Under the pieces are notes generated by a model that worked only from the letters and a program-made list of their open reading frames with translations, was not told where the DNA came from and ran no database searches. From positions 1 to 55,241 of the forward strand of contig JBOGID010000565.1 of NCBI GenBank assembly GCA_050742295.1: a stretch of DNA of 55,241 nucleotides. Direction: 5' to 3'. The translations under genes and the position numbers were made by a program. Every line of letters begins with the position of its first letter. Positions within the stretch are counted from its first letter, which is position 1. Of the stretch, positions 35,243 through 45,655 are shown in pieces. The stretch comes from Acidimicrobiales bacterium (lineage in GTDB: Bacteria; Actinomycetota; Acidimicrobiia; Acidimicrobiales; AC-14).

Positions 35243-35928
35243 ATGTGCTGGTTCGTCCTCCTGGCGGTGGTGGGCATGCTCGCCGCCGTCGTCGGACGCG
35301 AGTCCGCGAACGCGCCGCGCACGACGCTGTGGTTCGCGGTCCCGGCCATCGGGGTCATGGTGCTGCCGCTCTTCTGGCGCCGGCGCCTTCCGGCACCGGC
35401 TCCCCGAACGCGCTGGCCGAGGACCGCGATTCGCTCCAGAGCATCGAGAAGGCGGGCCGCACGGCGCTGACCGAGATGCGCCGCCTGCTGGCCGCCATGC
35501 GCCACGACGGGGGCGACCTCGAGCTCGTGCCGCAGCCCGGCCTCGACGCCCTCGACGCCCTGGTGGAGGAGATCGGCCGCGCCGGCCTGCCCGTCCGCCT
35601 CCGCATCGACGGTGAGCCCTTCCCGCTCCCCGCCGCCATCGACCTCTCCGCCTGCCGGATCGTCCAGGAAGGGCTGACCAACGCCCTGAAGCACGCCCGG
35701 GCCACGCAGGCCGACGTGACCGTCTGCTACCGGACCGACGAGCTGCAGCTCGAGGTGCACGACGACGGGCGGGGCAGCCCGACGACGGCAGGCGACGGCG
35801 TGGGCCACGGGCTCGTGGGCATCCGGGAACGGGTCAAGATCTACGGCGGTGAGATGACGGCGGGGACCGCCGCCGCAGGCGGCTTCGTCTCAGCACCCGC
35901 CTCCCGCTCCGCACCGACTGACCGATGA
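35243..35928 (+). pseudogene. NarL-class sensor histidine kinase with internal deletion (H-box lost)
   Basis: TM N-terminus (WFVLLAVVGMLAAVV, WFAVPAIGVMVLPLFWRRRLP) in one frame. It joins another frame that starts after the HisKA_3 H-box (LQSIEKAGRTALTEMRRLLAAMR). The HATPase_c boxes are present (QEGLTNALKHA, DDGRG, GHGLVGIRERV). Confidence 0.65.
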
Positions 35929-36570
35929 CGATCCGGGTGCTGGTCGCCGACGATCAGGCCATGGTCCGCGCCGGCTTTCAGATGCTGCTCTCGCGCGAAC
36001 CCGACTTCGACGTCGTGGCCGAGGCCGGCAACGGCCTGGAAGCCGTGGAACGGGCGGCGCGGTACCGGCCCACGGTTGTCCTGATGGACATCCGCATGCC
36101 CGAGCTCGACGGGCTGGAGGCGACGCGACGTATCATCGCCGCCGACAGCTCGGCGCGGATCCTGATCCTGACCACCTTCGACCTCGACGAGTACGTGTAC
36201 GAGGCGCTCCGCGTCGGCGCCAGCGGCTTCGTCCTCAAGGACGATCCGCCCGAGCAGCTCCTGGCCGCCATCCGGGTCGTCGCCGGCGGGGAATCGCTCC
36301 TGTCCCCCGCCATCACCAAGCGCGTGATCAAGCAAAAGCAGTTCACGCGCCTTCCCCGTCCCGCGCCACCGCGAGAGATCGACGACCTCACCGAGCGCGA
36401 GCTGGACGTCTTCCGGCTGATCGCCCGGCCTCTCGAACGCCGAGATCGGCCAGGACCTCTACATCAGCGAGACGACCGTCAAGACGCACATCACGCACAT
36501 ACTGCAGAAGCTCAACCTCCGCGACCGCGTCCAGGCCGTGGTGCTTGCCTACGAGCGCGGGCTCTTCCAC
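35925..36570 (+). pseudogene. NarL/FixJ-family response regulator (REC + LuxR HTH) with a 1-nt deletion and no clean stop
   Basis: REC motifs (IRVLVADDQ, VVLMDIRMPELDG, ILILTTF, VLKDD). After about nt 36426 the HTH reads only in the next frame ([45 protein letters not shown]). No in-frame stop precedes the next gene, so the 3' end given is approximate. Confidence 0.65.
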
Positions 36571-36598
36571 GCCGACGGGAGGCCGTTGCCGGGCCGAC

Positions 36599-37456
36599 AT
36601 GGGGGAACACCGGGGCACCCGGCGGACGACCCGGCCTATCCTGGCCGCCGTGCCCCTTTTCCGCCGGCGGCGGGACGACGTGGTGGTGGAGCCGGAGCCG
36701 GTCGTCCCGGTCGGGCCGGCCCCTCGTGGAGAGGTCGCGCAACGGCTGCAGTCGGTGGCCCCCGACTCGGGGCGCCAGCTGGCCGACGGTCTCCTTCCTG
36801 CCATCCGGTTCGCCATCCGGCGCGAGCCCGACGTCGCCATCGACATCGCCCGCAGCAAGCTCGGCGGCGCGCCCGACCTGCCGCGGGGCACGTTCTGGCC
36901 GAGCTGGACCCGGCCCGACGGCGAGAAGCAGCTGCTGCAGTTCTTCGCCCAGGTCGACCTGGCCGAGGCGGCCGCCGCCGCGCCTTCGGAACTGGGCCTC
37001 CCGGCGGACGGGCTGCTGTCGTTCTTCGCCGACTTCGATCCCGAGAACGGGTCGGTACCGAGGCCCGAAGCCGTCGTCTTCTACTCGCCCGCGAACTCCC
37101 AGTTCGCCCGGTGCAGCCTGCGGATGGTTCCCGTCGCGACGGCCCAGCTCCATCCCCTCGGAACGTGGAGCTGGCCTGCGTCGAGCGATGGCGCCGGGCT
37201 CAAGGCCTTCGAGCAGGAGCACGAGTCCGGGCTGCACACCCAGGCGCCGGAGCATTACCACGTGACGGCCCGCCACCAGCTCGGTGGGCACATCAGCGGC
37301 GCCGACGGGTTCGTCCTCCTCCAGTTCGACTCCGACCCGACCATGGAGGTGGCGTGGGGACAGGCCGGGGGCGCGGGCCGCCTGGTGTGGACCATGCCCG
37401 CCGCCGACATGGCCAGCCGGAACTGGTCAACGGGCCGGTTCAGCCTCCTCCCCTAA
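36599..37456 (+). CDS. DUF1963 (YwqG-like) family protein
   Basis: ATG 36599. Motifs [42 protein letters not shown] and HQLGGH. TAA at 37454-37456. Confidence 0.75.
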   Translation: MGEHRGTRRTTRPILAAVPLFRRRRDDVVVEPEPVVPVGPAPRGEVAQRLQSVAPDSGRQLADGLLPAIRFAIRREPDVAIDIARSKLGGAPDLPRGTFWPSWTRPDGEKQLLQFFAQVDLAEAAAAAPSELGLPADGLLSFFADFDPENGSVPRPEAVVFYSPANSQFARCSLRMVPVATAQLHPLGTWSWPASSDGAGLKAFEQEHESGLHTQAPEHYHVTARHQLGGHISGADGFVLLQFDSDPTMEVAWGQAGGAGRLVWTMPAADMASRNWSTGRFSLLP

Positions 37457-37499
37457 CACGCCGGCGCGTGACACCGGGCAGTATCTGGGCGTGGGGAAC

Positions 37500-37862
37500 A
37501 TGGCGCGGCTCGAGGCGATCGCCGCCCGACTGCCGGAAGCGGAGCGGGTCGACATCGAGGCCTGGGGCGGCGAGCCGACCTTCCGGGTCCGAGGCAAGAA
37601 CTTCGTCTTCACCGACCAGGCCGCCTCCGGCGTGAGCGTCAAGCTCCCGAAGGAGGAGGCCGCCGCCGTGGTGGCGACCGACCCCCTGTCCGAGCCGACG
37701 GGCTACGGCCTTGGTCGCCACGGTTGGGTGTCGATCGCCGTGGGCGACCGCGCCGACGATGCCCGGTGGCAGCAGGTCGAGGAGTGGGTGCGGACGTCGT
37801 ACTGCCTGGTGGCCCCGAAGGCGCTGGCCAAGATCGTGCTGGCCGAGGACGGAATCGCCTGA
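37500..37862 (+). CDS. MmcQ/YjbR-family protein
   Basis: ATG 37500. Motifs [28 protein letters not shown] and SYCLVAPK. Confidence 0.75.
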   Translation: MARLEAIAARLPEAERVDIEAWGGEPTFRVRGKNFVFTDQAASGVSVKLPKEEAAAVVATDPLSEPTGYGLGRHGWVSIAVGDRADDARWQQVEEWVRTSYCLVAPKALAKIVLAEDGIA

Positions 37863-37909
37863 GACCGGCCAGTTGCCCGCCTCGTTACCCCGCCGCGGGA
37901 GCGGTCACC

Positions 37910-39078
37910 TCAGGCGCCGTCGACGGCGATCCGCCACAGGCGTCGCACGGTCACCCGGCGCAGGGCACGGAGGCCAATGGCGTGGGGGGCCGACACCGCC
38001 GGTACGAGCACCCGCAGCGCGAGCGGCAGCACGCGGAACTCGAGGGGGCGTGACAAGCACAACCGCCTCCCCGTCGACGCCCGCCGGCAACGTGGGCAGC
38101 GGGCTGGTCACCGTCAGGGACGTGGTCTCCCACTGCGCCCAGCCGTTCGCCTTGTCGGACGCGCCCACCGCGACCCGGCCCACCATGGCGGCCAGCGCCG
38201 CACCGGTCCGCGCCCGCACGGCTGACACCTGCAACACGCCGGCGTCGAGGCGTTCCCGGGCCCCGAGGGCCGACGGGCGCCGGACCCTGCAGCCTGCACC
38301 CCGTCGTAGCGCCGCCCCGTTGGGTCGCAAACGCTGACGTCGAGAGGCACACGTTTCGGCGCGGGCCGTCCTGCGCACGATCACGCGCGCCGTGTCCAGC
38401 TTCCGGTCCCGGTAGCGAGGCTCGGCGACGACATCGGCGTAGGTCCCCGGCGAGACGTTGTTCAGGAAGACCCGCTCGCCGACGCGCGCCGCGTCCACCC
38501 GCCGTTCGAGCCCAACGAAGGAACCAAGGGCACCCACGGGGTCGGTGCGGTCGAGGCCGAGGCCGTGGGCGAAGTGGTTGCGGGTGCCGGCGGGCACGCA
38601 CACGAAGGGGACGGCGGCGTCCATGGCGACAGCCGCCCACCAGCCCCAGGGACCCGTCCCCGCCGGCGACGCCCAGGGCATCGGCTCCTTGGGCGACGGC
38701 GTCCCGGGCCAGGGCGGCCGGGTCGTCACCTGCCACGAGGAGGTGGACGGTGACCCCTCGTGCCTCGGCGGCAGGGACGAGGCCGGTTCTGCCGGCCGTC
38801 CCTCCGCCGGAGCGGGGGTTGACGAGCAGCCACGGTCGGGCGGGAGCGGCAGCGGGTGTGACGGCGGCCCCTGACTTCAGCCGGTCGCCGGCCAGGGCCC
38901 GCCGGGTCGAGACGGCATAGGCGAGCGCCGTGGAGGCGATGGCCAGGACGCCGCCCGCCCTAGCCGCCGCGGCGGTGACGTAGATGCCCCGCTTCCACCC
39001 TTTGCGGGTCGTGATCGCCCACCACGACGCGGTGAGACCGAGGACCACGAAGGCGGCAGCGGCGAGGATGAACCCCAA
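37910..39078 (-). pseudogene. Diacylglycerol-kinase-catalytic-domain lipid kinase with N-terminal TM helices; at least three frame switches
   Basis: PWLLVNPRSGGG and ALGVAGGDGSLG in ORF 37951-39078. VPFVCVPAGTRNHFA and the middle domain are in ORF 37905-38729. The C-terminal PLEFRVLPLALRVLVP is in a third frame ending at TGA 37910-37912. Start taken as TTG 39078 (uncertain). Confidence 0.65.
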
Positions 39079-39149
39079 CAGCTTGGTGCCCGGTGATGCT
39101 GACGTCGTCCGCCGCCACCGGCGGTCAGGCCGTCCCAGGGGTGGAACAC

Positions 39150-40233
39150 ATGAACAAGAAGCGGGTCGTCTCGATCTCGATCGGCGTGTCGGTGGTGCTG
39201 CTGGCCGCCATGTTCTGGTTCCTGCTGCCGAAGCTGCCGGACTTCTCCCTGGTGTGGAGCGAGATCACGGCCATGACCGCGATCGAATTGGCCATCCTCG
39301 GGGTCGTGGCGGCCTGGAACCTGACCACGTACTGGATCGCGCTGGCGGCGGCGACGCCCGGGCTCCGCCTACGCCAGGCGATGGTGGTCAAGGCCCGTCG
39401 ACGGCGGCCGCCAGTACCATTCCGGGCGGCAGCGCCCTCGCCGTCGGTCTCGCCTACGCCATGCTCGGGTCGTGGGGCTACTCGAAGTCCCGCAGTTCGG
39501 TGTCCCTGGTCGTCGCCAGCATCTGGAACAACTTCGTGCGCCTGGGCCTCCCGGTGCTGGCCCTCGTCTTTCTGGCGTTGCAGGGCGACGCCAGCGGCGC
39601 CCGGGTGCTGGCCGGGATTGGCGGCAGCGTCGCTCTGGTCGCCGCCATCGCCCTGTTCGTGCTCGTCCTGCGCAGCGAGCGGTTCGCGTTCCGGACCGGC
39701 GAAGCCATGGGCCGGCTGTTGAGCCGACTCCTCGGGGTGGTGCACCGTCCGCCGCTGGAGGGCAGCGGAGGCGCCACCGTCAAGTTCCGCGGTCGCTCAT
39801 CGGGCTCGTGGAGAAGTCCTGGAAGAAGCTGACCGTCACCGCCCTGGTGAGCCACTTTTCGCTGTTCGCCGTCCTCCTCGTCGCGCTGGGGGCTATTGGT
39901 GTGTCCGACGACCAGGTCGGATGGGCCGAGGTGCTGGCCGTGTTCGCCTTCGTGCGGCTCCTCACGGCGGTGCCCCTGACGCCGGGCGGCATCGGGTTCG
40001 TCGAGCTCGGACTGATCGGTGGCCTCACCAGCGCCGGCGGCGACCGGGAGGCGGTCGTCGCCGCCGTCCTCGTCTACCGGCTGCTGACCTACGTGCTGCC
40101 CATCTTCGTCGGCACCCGCACCTACCTGTTCTGGCGGCGGAACACGTCGTGGCGCCGAGGCCCCGCCGAGTCCACCGCCACCGTCGCCGGCGCTGGCGCC
40201 GGCCAGCCTCAGACGGCCCTGGCTGCGGGCTGA
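39150..40233 (+). pseudogene. Second flippase-like / LPG-synthase-TM (UPF0104) gene, paralogue of 11506-12624, two frame switches
   Basis: ATG 39150 (MNKKRVVSISIGVSVVLLAAMFWFLLP...). Collinear with the intact paralogue through three frames (switches near 39385 and 39790). Shares FAFVRLLTAVPLTPGGIGFVELGLIGGL. Divergent from the DAG-kinase-like pseudogene (71-bp gap). Confidence 0.7.
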
Positions 40234-40488
40234 GCGCACAGGCCAGGCCGAAGCGCGAAACCGGCGCCTCGGGCGGGCGCCGGTCGCGGGGTTCAGCTGG
40301 GTCAGCCCCGGGCGGGCTCGCCGCCCGGCGCGTTCCTTCAGTCCTTGTCGCCCTTATCGGCCGCGCTGCCGCCAACCTTGAGGGGAGGCTGGGGCATGTC
40401 GCAGCACCTACCCTCGTCGCCGAATTGCTCCGCGCCGGCGACGCACGCACCAGACTGGTCCCCGCATTCAAGACCAAGGAGCGTCCGC

Positions 40489-41415
40489 ATGACCGTCCTC
40501 CGCCGTCTCGCCCTGGCCGCCGCCTCGGTGGTCGTCCTCCTCGGTGCCGCCAGCTCCCGGCTCATCGTGCGTCCTGGGCGCAACCCCGCGTGGTCCGACC
40601 CCAAGAGGGATCAGGGCCTGGACTTCGAGGACGTCACGTTTCCTTCCCAGGACGGGGTGGCGCTCCACGGCTGGTTCATCCCCAGGGCGGGCGGGGGCGT
40701 GGGCCCGACCCTTGTCATGCTGCACGGCTGGCCGTGGAGCCGGATGGGCACCCGCGCCACGTCCAAGCTGAACGATCTGCCCAGGAGCAAGCCGGTGTCG
40801 CTCCTCCCCCTCGCCAAGGCGTTCCACGACGCCGGCTACCACGTGCTGATGTACGACGCCAGCGGCTTCGGCACCAGCGGGCGGCGGGGCGTGTACACCA
40901 GCGGCTGGCTCGAAGCCCGCGACACCCTCGGCGCCTTGACCTGGTTGGACGGCCGGGCCGAGGTCGACCAGGACCGGATCGGCGCCATCGGCTTCTCGAT
41001 GGGCGGCGCGACGTTGACGTTCGTACTCCCACAGACCGACCGGATCAAGGCCGCCATCTCCGTACAACCGACGACGCCGGCGGTGTTCACGCCCCGGTAC
41101 GGCCGGGACCTGCTCGGGCCCCTGCACGCCCTGACCGCACCCGTCACCGAACTGTGCTACCGCCTGGCCGGCGGCCCGACCCTGCGCTTCATCCGCCCCG
41201 CCATGGCGGCCGTGGGCTGCCGGGCGCCGATCCTCTTCGTCCAGAGCCGCGGCGACCGCTGGGGCAGCGTGGAGGACGTCCAGGACATGGTCGACGCCGC
41301 CCCGGGGGCGGTGGACCCGCTGTACCTGGACCTGCCCGACCGCTTCGACGGGTACACCCACATGGTCAACAACCCGCAGATCTCCCTCGACTTCTTCGGG
41401 AAGTACCTGGGGTAG
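40489..41415 (+). CDS. Alpha/beta hydrolase with N-terminal signal/anchor
   Basis: AAGGAG precedes ATG 40489. MTVLRRLALAAASVVVLLGAAS, HGWPWS and nucleophile elbow GFSMGG. Confidence 0.8.
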   Translation: MTVLRRLALAAASVVVLLGAASSRLIVRPGRNPAWSDPKRDQGLDFEDVTFPSQDGVALHGWFIPRAGGGVGPTLVMLHGWPWSRMGTRATSKLNDLPRSKPVSLLPLAKAFHDAGYHVLMYDASGFGTSGRRGVYTSGWLEARDTLGALTWLDGRAEVDQDRIGAIGFSMGGATLTFVLPQTDRIKAAISVQPTTPAVFTPRYGRDLLGPLHALTAPVTELCYRLAGGPTLRFIRPAMAAVGCRAPILFVQSRGDRWGSVEDVQDMVDAAPGAVDPLYLDLPDRFDGYTHMVNNPQISLDFFGKYLG

Positions 41416-41416
41416 C

Positions 41417-41935
41417 TCAGGGGTTGACCGTGAATGCCGTCAGCACGGTGCCTCTGCTGTCGAGGGCGGCCAGCGTTCGGATGGGGGCACCTGCGGGCAG
41501 GGGCACAGCTGGGAACCGGCCCACGGTCGTGAACGAAGCCGCCACCGTCTCGCGGTCGACGACCGTCGCGCCCCGGAGCTCCACCCGGACCCGTGCCACG
41601 TTCGGACGGGTCACGCCGATCACGAACCTCCCGCCACCCGCGACCGTGTAGCGCAGGACGTCGGCCTGGAACGTCCCCCGAGGCTCCGCACACGCCAGGC
41701 CCGCTCGCGACCCGGACTGAGCGACGAGCTGCCAGGAGCCGGCCGCTCAGGTGCCGCTGTCGACCACCGCCTCGACCGGTCCGGTCGGGCTGGTCGTGCT
41801 TGTCGTGCTGGGCGCCGCGGTCACCGGGCTGAGGGTGGTGGCCGTGCCCGTGCTGGTCGCCCGTGCGGCCTCGCTCTCACCGGCGTCGCCGCCGCACCCG
41901 GCCGGATCGGCAAAGGTGTGGCCATGACGACCCAC
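41417..41935 (-). pseudogene. Hypothetical Thr/Ser-rich protein interrupted by an in-frame TGA
   Basis: ORFs 41747-42094 and 41417-41623 share one frame, separated only by TGA at 41747-41749: ...TSPTGPVEAVVDSGT*AAGSWQLVAQSGSRAGLACAEPRGTFQADVLRYTVAGGGRFVIGVTRPNVARVRVEL.... The 5' end is undefined because it overlaps the DUF1697 start on the other strand. Confidence 0.35.
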
Positions 41936-42460
41936 ATCGCTTTCCTGCGAGCCGTCAACCTGGGCAAGCGAAGGGTGAAGATGCCGCACCTCGTCGAGCT
42001 CGTCAGCGGTCTCGGCCACGGCGACGTCTGGACCCACATCAACAGCGGCAACGTCGTGTTCGAGGCCACCGGGGCCCGGGCCGCCCTCGAGCACGCGCTC
42101 GAAGCCACGCTCGAGGACGCCCTCGGCTTCGAGGTGACGACGTTCGTCCGGACCGCGGCGGAACTACGGCGGGCGCTTGCCTTCGAGCCGTTCCCGGTCG
42201 CATCCGGAGACACCTACTTCGTGACGTTCCTCAAGGACCGCGTGCCCCCGACCAAGGCACGGGCGCTCGAAGCGCTCAGCAACGACTTCGACACGCTCGC
42301 GGTCCAGGGACGTGACGTGCACTGGCTGATGCGTGGCAAGTCGACCGATACGAAGCTCACGACGAAGGCCTGGGAGAACGTCGTGGGCCACCACCGGAGC
42401 ACCAGTCGCAACACGAACATGCTCCGCAGGCTGATGGACAAGATCGAGACCAAGGTCTGA
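41918..42460 (+). CDS. DUF1697-family protein
   Basis: THIAFLRAVNLGKRRVKMPHLVELV... fits the DUF1697 N-terminal signature. Start is GTG 41918 or ATG 41924. Confidence 0.8.
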   Translation: MAMTTHIAFLRAVNLGKRRVKMPHLVELVSGLGHGDVWTHINSGNVVFEATGARAALEHALEATLEDALGFEVTTFVRTAAELRRALAFEPFPVASGDTYFVTFLKDRVPPTKARALEALSNDFDTLAVQGRDVHWLMRGKSTDTKLTTKAWENVVGHHRSTSRNTNMLRRLMDKIETKV

Positions 42461-42523
42461 CGATGGGCCTGACGCGTACGGGGCCGGCTCGTTGGTTACC
42501 CTCGCCTCGGGACGGAGCGGAGC

Positions 42524-44398
42524 ATGCGCACGAAGCGGTGGATCGTCGTGGTGGTCGGGGCGGCCGTCGTCGCCCTCGTGGCCGTCGGCGCCACTCGCCT
42601 CTTACGCGACGAGCCCGAAGGACCGGCCCGGGAGGTCAACGCCTACCTGCGGGCGTGGGAACGGTTCGACGCCGGGGCCATGGCTGCCGTCGTGGTACCT
42701 CCCGAGCAGGTCGGTCCGGCCGTGACCGCCCTGAAGGAACAGCTGGCGGTCACGACCATGCGGGTCACGGCGGGGATCATCGAGCGGGACGGCGATAGCG
42801 CTCGCGTTCCCTTCACCGCCAACCTGGACCTCGCCGGCCTCGGGACCTGGCGCTATGGCGGGCGGCTGATTATGAGGCGAACGAATGACCAGTGGCGGGT
42901 GGAGTGGGCGCCGGCCGCCCTCCATCCCGACCTCAAACCCGAGCGACAGTTTGCGGTGACTCGCTCGTGGCCCGAGCGGGCGCCCATCCTCGGCGCCGAC
43001 GGTGCCTCCCTCGTCGCCGTCGGCCACGTGATGGTGGTCGGCCTGCAACCGGGCCGCATCCAGGACCAGGCCGCACTGGAGACGTCGCTCCAAGGCCTGC
43101 TCGGCATCCAACCGGCGGAGATCCGCGCCGCCCTGGCCCAGCCCTGGGTGCGGCCCGACTTCTTCGTGCCGATCGCGGAAGTCCGCCCGGAACGGTTCGG
43201 GGCGCTGCGCCCGCAGCTCGAGCCGATCCCGGGGGTGTTCTTCCAGCGCGGGCGCAGCCGGCTCGCGCCTGCGGACGGCTTTGCGGCCCACGTCGTCGGC
43301 TCGGTCAGAGAGATCACGGCCGAGCGCCTGGAGGAACTGGGGACGCCCTACGTGGTCGGCGACCGGGTCGGCTTGTCCGGCATCGAGGCGGCCCACGAGC
43401 GCCGTCTGGCGGGGACACCGTCGGGCGAGGTGCAGCTCCGCGAGTCGGACGGGCGCGTCGTCAGCATCCTCCACCGCTTCGAGGGCGCGTCGCCCCAACC
43501 CGTGCGCCTGACTCTCGATCGCGCTGTCCAGCAGGCGGCCGATCAGGCCCTCGACGGCGTCGCCCAACCGGCCGCCTTCGTGGCGATGGACGCGGGCACG
43601 GGCGAGATCCGAGCGGTCGCCAGCCGGCCGCTGAGCGAGGAGTTCAACCGGGCCCTGGCCGGTCGCTACCCCCCGGGTTCGACGTTCAAGATCGTCACGA
43701 CGGCCGCCCTTCTCTCCACCGGGCTGCGTCCCGAGGAACCGGTCGGATGCCCGGCGCAAGCCGTCGTCGGAGGCCGGACGTTCGTCAACTTCGAGAGCGG
43801 AGCCCTGGGCTCGGTCCCGTTCGCCACGGCCTTTGCGCAGTCGTGCAACACCGCGTTCGTCAGCCTCTCGACCCGGCTGTCGGGCGGCTCGCTGGTCCAG
43901 GCGGCAGCAGGGTTCGGGTTCGGGAGTTCGTACGAAGTCGGGCTCCCGGTGGCGGGAGGACAGTTCCTACACCCCGGGGACGCCACCGAACTGGCCGCCG
44001 CCGCCATCGGGCAGGGTCGAGTGGTGGCGAGCCCGGTCCAGATGGCATCGGTGGCGGCGGCCGTGTCGTCGGGGAGCTGGCGTTCGCCCCGCCTCCTCGC
44101 CGACGCGCCACCAGGCGAGGTGAAGCAGTTGGACGCTTCAGTCGCCGCCACGCTCCGCCAGCTCATGACCGCGGTCGTGCGGGAGGGGACGGCAGCGGCG
44201 GTGGCGCACGCCGGGCAGGAGATCGCCGGCAAGACGGGGACGGCCGAGTTCGGAGGCGGGGACCCTCCCCCCACCCACGCTTGGTTTGTGGGCTACCGCG
44301 GCGCGTTGGCGTTCGCCGTGGTGGTGGCAGGCGGAGGCGTCGGCGGTCGCGTGGCGGCGCCGCTCGCGGCCCGCTTCCTCGACGCCGCTCCCCGCTGA
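42524..44398 (+). CDS. Penicillin-binding protein (transpeptidase) with NTF2-like MecA_N-type N-terminal domain
   Basis: N-terminal TM anchor and NTF2-like EVNAYLRAWERFDAGAM. Active-site motifs STFK (SxxK), SCN (SxN) and KTGTAE (KTG). Confidence 0.9.
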   Translation: MRTKRWIVVVVGAAVVALVAVGATRLLRDEPEGPAREVNAYLRAWERFDAGAMAAVVVPPEQVGPAVTALKEQLAVTTMRVTAGIIERDGDSARVPFTANLDLAGLGTWRYGGRLIMRRTNDQWRVEWAPAALHPDLKPERQFAVTRSWPERAPILGADGASLVAVGHVMVVGLQPGRIQDQAALETSLQGLLGIQPAEIRAALAQPWVRPDFFVPIAEVRPERFGALRPQLEPIPGVFFQRGRSRLAPADGFAAHVVGSVREITAERLEELGTPYVVGDRVGLSGIEAAHERRLAGTPSGEVQLRESDGRVVSILHRFEGASPQPVRLTLDRAVQQAADQALDGVAQPAAFVAMDAGTGEIRAVASRPLSEEFNRALAGRYPPGSTFKIVTTAALLSTGLRPEEPVGCPAQAVVGGRTFVNFESGALGSVPFATAFAQSCNTAFVSLSTRLSGGSLVQAAAGFGFGSSYEVGLPVAGGQFLHPGDATELAAAAIGQGRVVASPVQMASVAAAVSSGSWRSPRLLADAPPGEVKQLDASVAATLRQLMTAVVREGTAAAVAHAGQEIAGKTGTAEFGGGDPPPTHAWFVGYRGALAFAVVVAGGGVGGRVAAPLAARFLDAAPR

Positions 44399-44423
44399 CG
44401 GAGCGACGGCATAGGTGCGCATC

Positions 44424-44700
44424 AGGTCAGCTTGCCCGTGGCGTGGGGGCGAAGGGCCTGGGCTGAGCCGGTGCCCCGCAGGTGGATGGCGATGATCAGG
44501 CTGGTGACGGCGGCCCACGCGCACCACAGGGAGACGAACCCCCGAAGCGTGAGCCAGCCCAGCCAACACGCCGACCACGTTCACAACCCCGAACACGACG
44601 ATGAACCGGTGGCTCGACGCAAGGAAGCAGCCGAGGGTGGCCGTTCCGTGGCGACCACGCCGAGCCAGCTCTCGGGCGCAGCGATGTGGCGGACGAGGTC
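44424..44700 (-). pseudogene. Possible small multi-TM protein, frameshifted (weak call)
   Basis: Hydrophobic stretches WLGVVAT.., HRFIVVFGVVNVVGVLAG and LTLRGFVSLWCAWAAVTSLIIAIHL follow each other on the minus strand in three frames. TGA at 44424-44426. Confidence 0.25.
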
Positions 44701-44961
44701 GAGATCAGCGCCCAGTTCGCCGACTGTAGGCGCCGCGAACGCAACGCCGGTGTCGCCGGAGGCCCGTGCCTTACGGTCGTGCGGGAGCGGGATCGTCGAC
44801 CACCTCATGCGAGTGGCCGATGCGGTCGCCTCGGCCCGAAGACCGGCGGGACGTGCTGCTCCTGTGCCGCGCGTTCGGGTTGGACCTACCGCAGGAGTAC
44901 CTCCCGGCCGCGTCCGACTGAGTCCATACGACGGGGCGGGCCGCGCCGTACACCTTGCGCC

Positions 44962-45609
44962 ATGGCCGGACTTCTCCGATACACGGGTGTCGCCGCGGTC
45001 ACCGCCGTCTGGACACTTCTGCTCACGGCCACGGCCCGGAGCGGGTTCGACCTTTTCGGGGAACAGCCGCTCAGCTACCTCGGCACGCAGGCGCCGTCAG
45101 CGGTTCTGTTCACCGTCGGGCTGGCGGTCCCCGCGCTACTCTTCGGGGCCTTCCACCAGTACGTGAGACGCGAGTTCCCGGTGTCGTCGTACTTCTCCGT
45201 GGCGATGCTGTCCGGCCTGGCAGGTCAGATGGTTGCGGCGTTCGTTCCCATCGGTGGCGACGCCATCGCCCATCGCGTCCACACGATCAGCGCACTGGTC
45301 CTGGGTGCCTCGCTGCCATTGCTCATGTGGCGCTTCGCCGCCGGCCAGGCCCCGGGGCCGTTTCGCCGGCTCAGTTATGCATTGTTCTGGGTTGAGGTCG
45401 CGGCCTGCGCGGTCGGCCTCTACCTGTCGGCTCGAAGCGTCGCGCCCGTCGCAGAGATCCTGCCCGGAGCCGCGTTCCACGCGTGGGTCCTCACCGTCAC
45501 GTGCGCCGTACCCTCGGTTGTTCGCGACCCTGGTCGCGGAAGAGGGCTCGTGGGCGTTCCTGTCGCCGCATCGCTCGCCGCCCGCAGCCTCGGTGCCCCT
45601 TCTCGCTGA
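44962..45609 (+). CDS. Integral membrane protein, DUF998-like
   Basis: ATG 44962. Six predicted TM helices and a ...QPLSYLGTQAPSAVLFTVGLAV... segment resembling the DUF998 ISxLG region. Confidence 0.5.
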   Translation: MAGLLRYTGVAAVTAVWTLLLTATARSGFDLFGEQPLSYLGTQAPSAVLFTVGLAVPALLFGAFHQYVRREFPVSSYFSVAMLSGLAGQMVAAFVPIGGDAIAHRVHTISALVLGASLPLLMWRFAAGQAPGPFRRLSYALFWVEVAACAVGLYLSARSVAPVAEILPGAAFHAWVLTVTCAVPSVVRDPGRGRGLVGVPVAASLAARSLGAPSR

Positions 45610-45655
45610 CGGGCGTGGCGACTCGGTCAGGTGCGCCGCGGCGCCCGTTTGTCGG

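Noticed and set aside
40261-40283. Hairpin CCGGCGCC-N7-GGCGCCGG after the flippase pseudogene as a terminator
   Set aside because: The stem is only 8 bp with no U-tract, in a G+C-rich context where such stems arise by chance, and it follows a pseudogene. That is not enough support to annotate it.
41747-41749. In-frame TGA as selenocysteine or programmed readthrough
   Set aside because: The context is a Ser/Thr/Gly-rich linker with no redox motif, I saw no convincing SECIS-like hairpin immediately downstream, and the window is full of other inactivating lesions. A nonsense mutation is the simpler reading.
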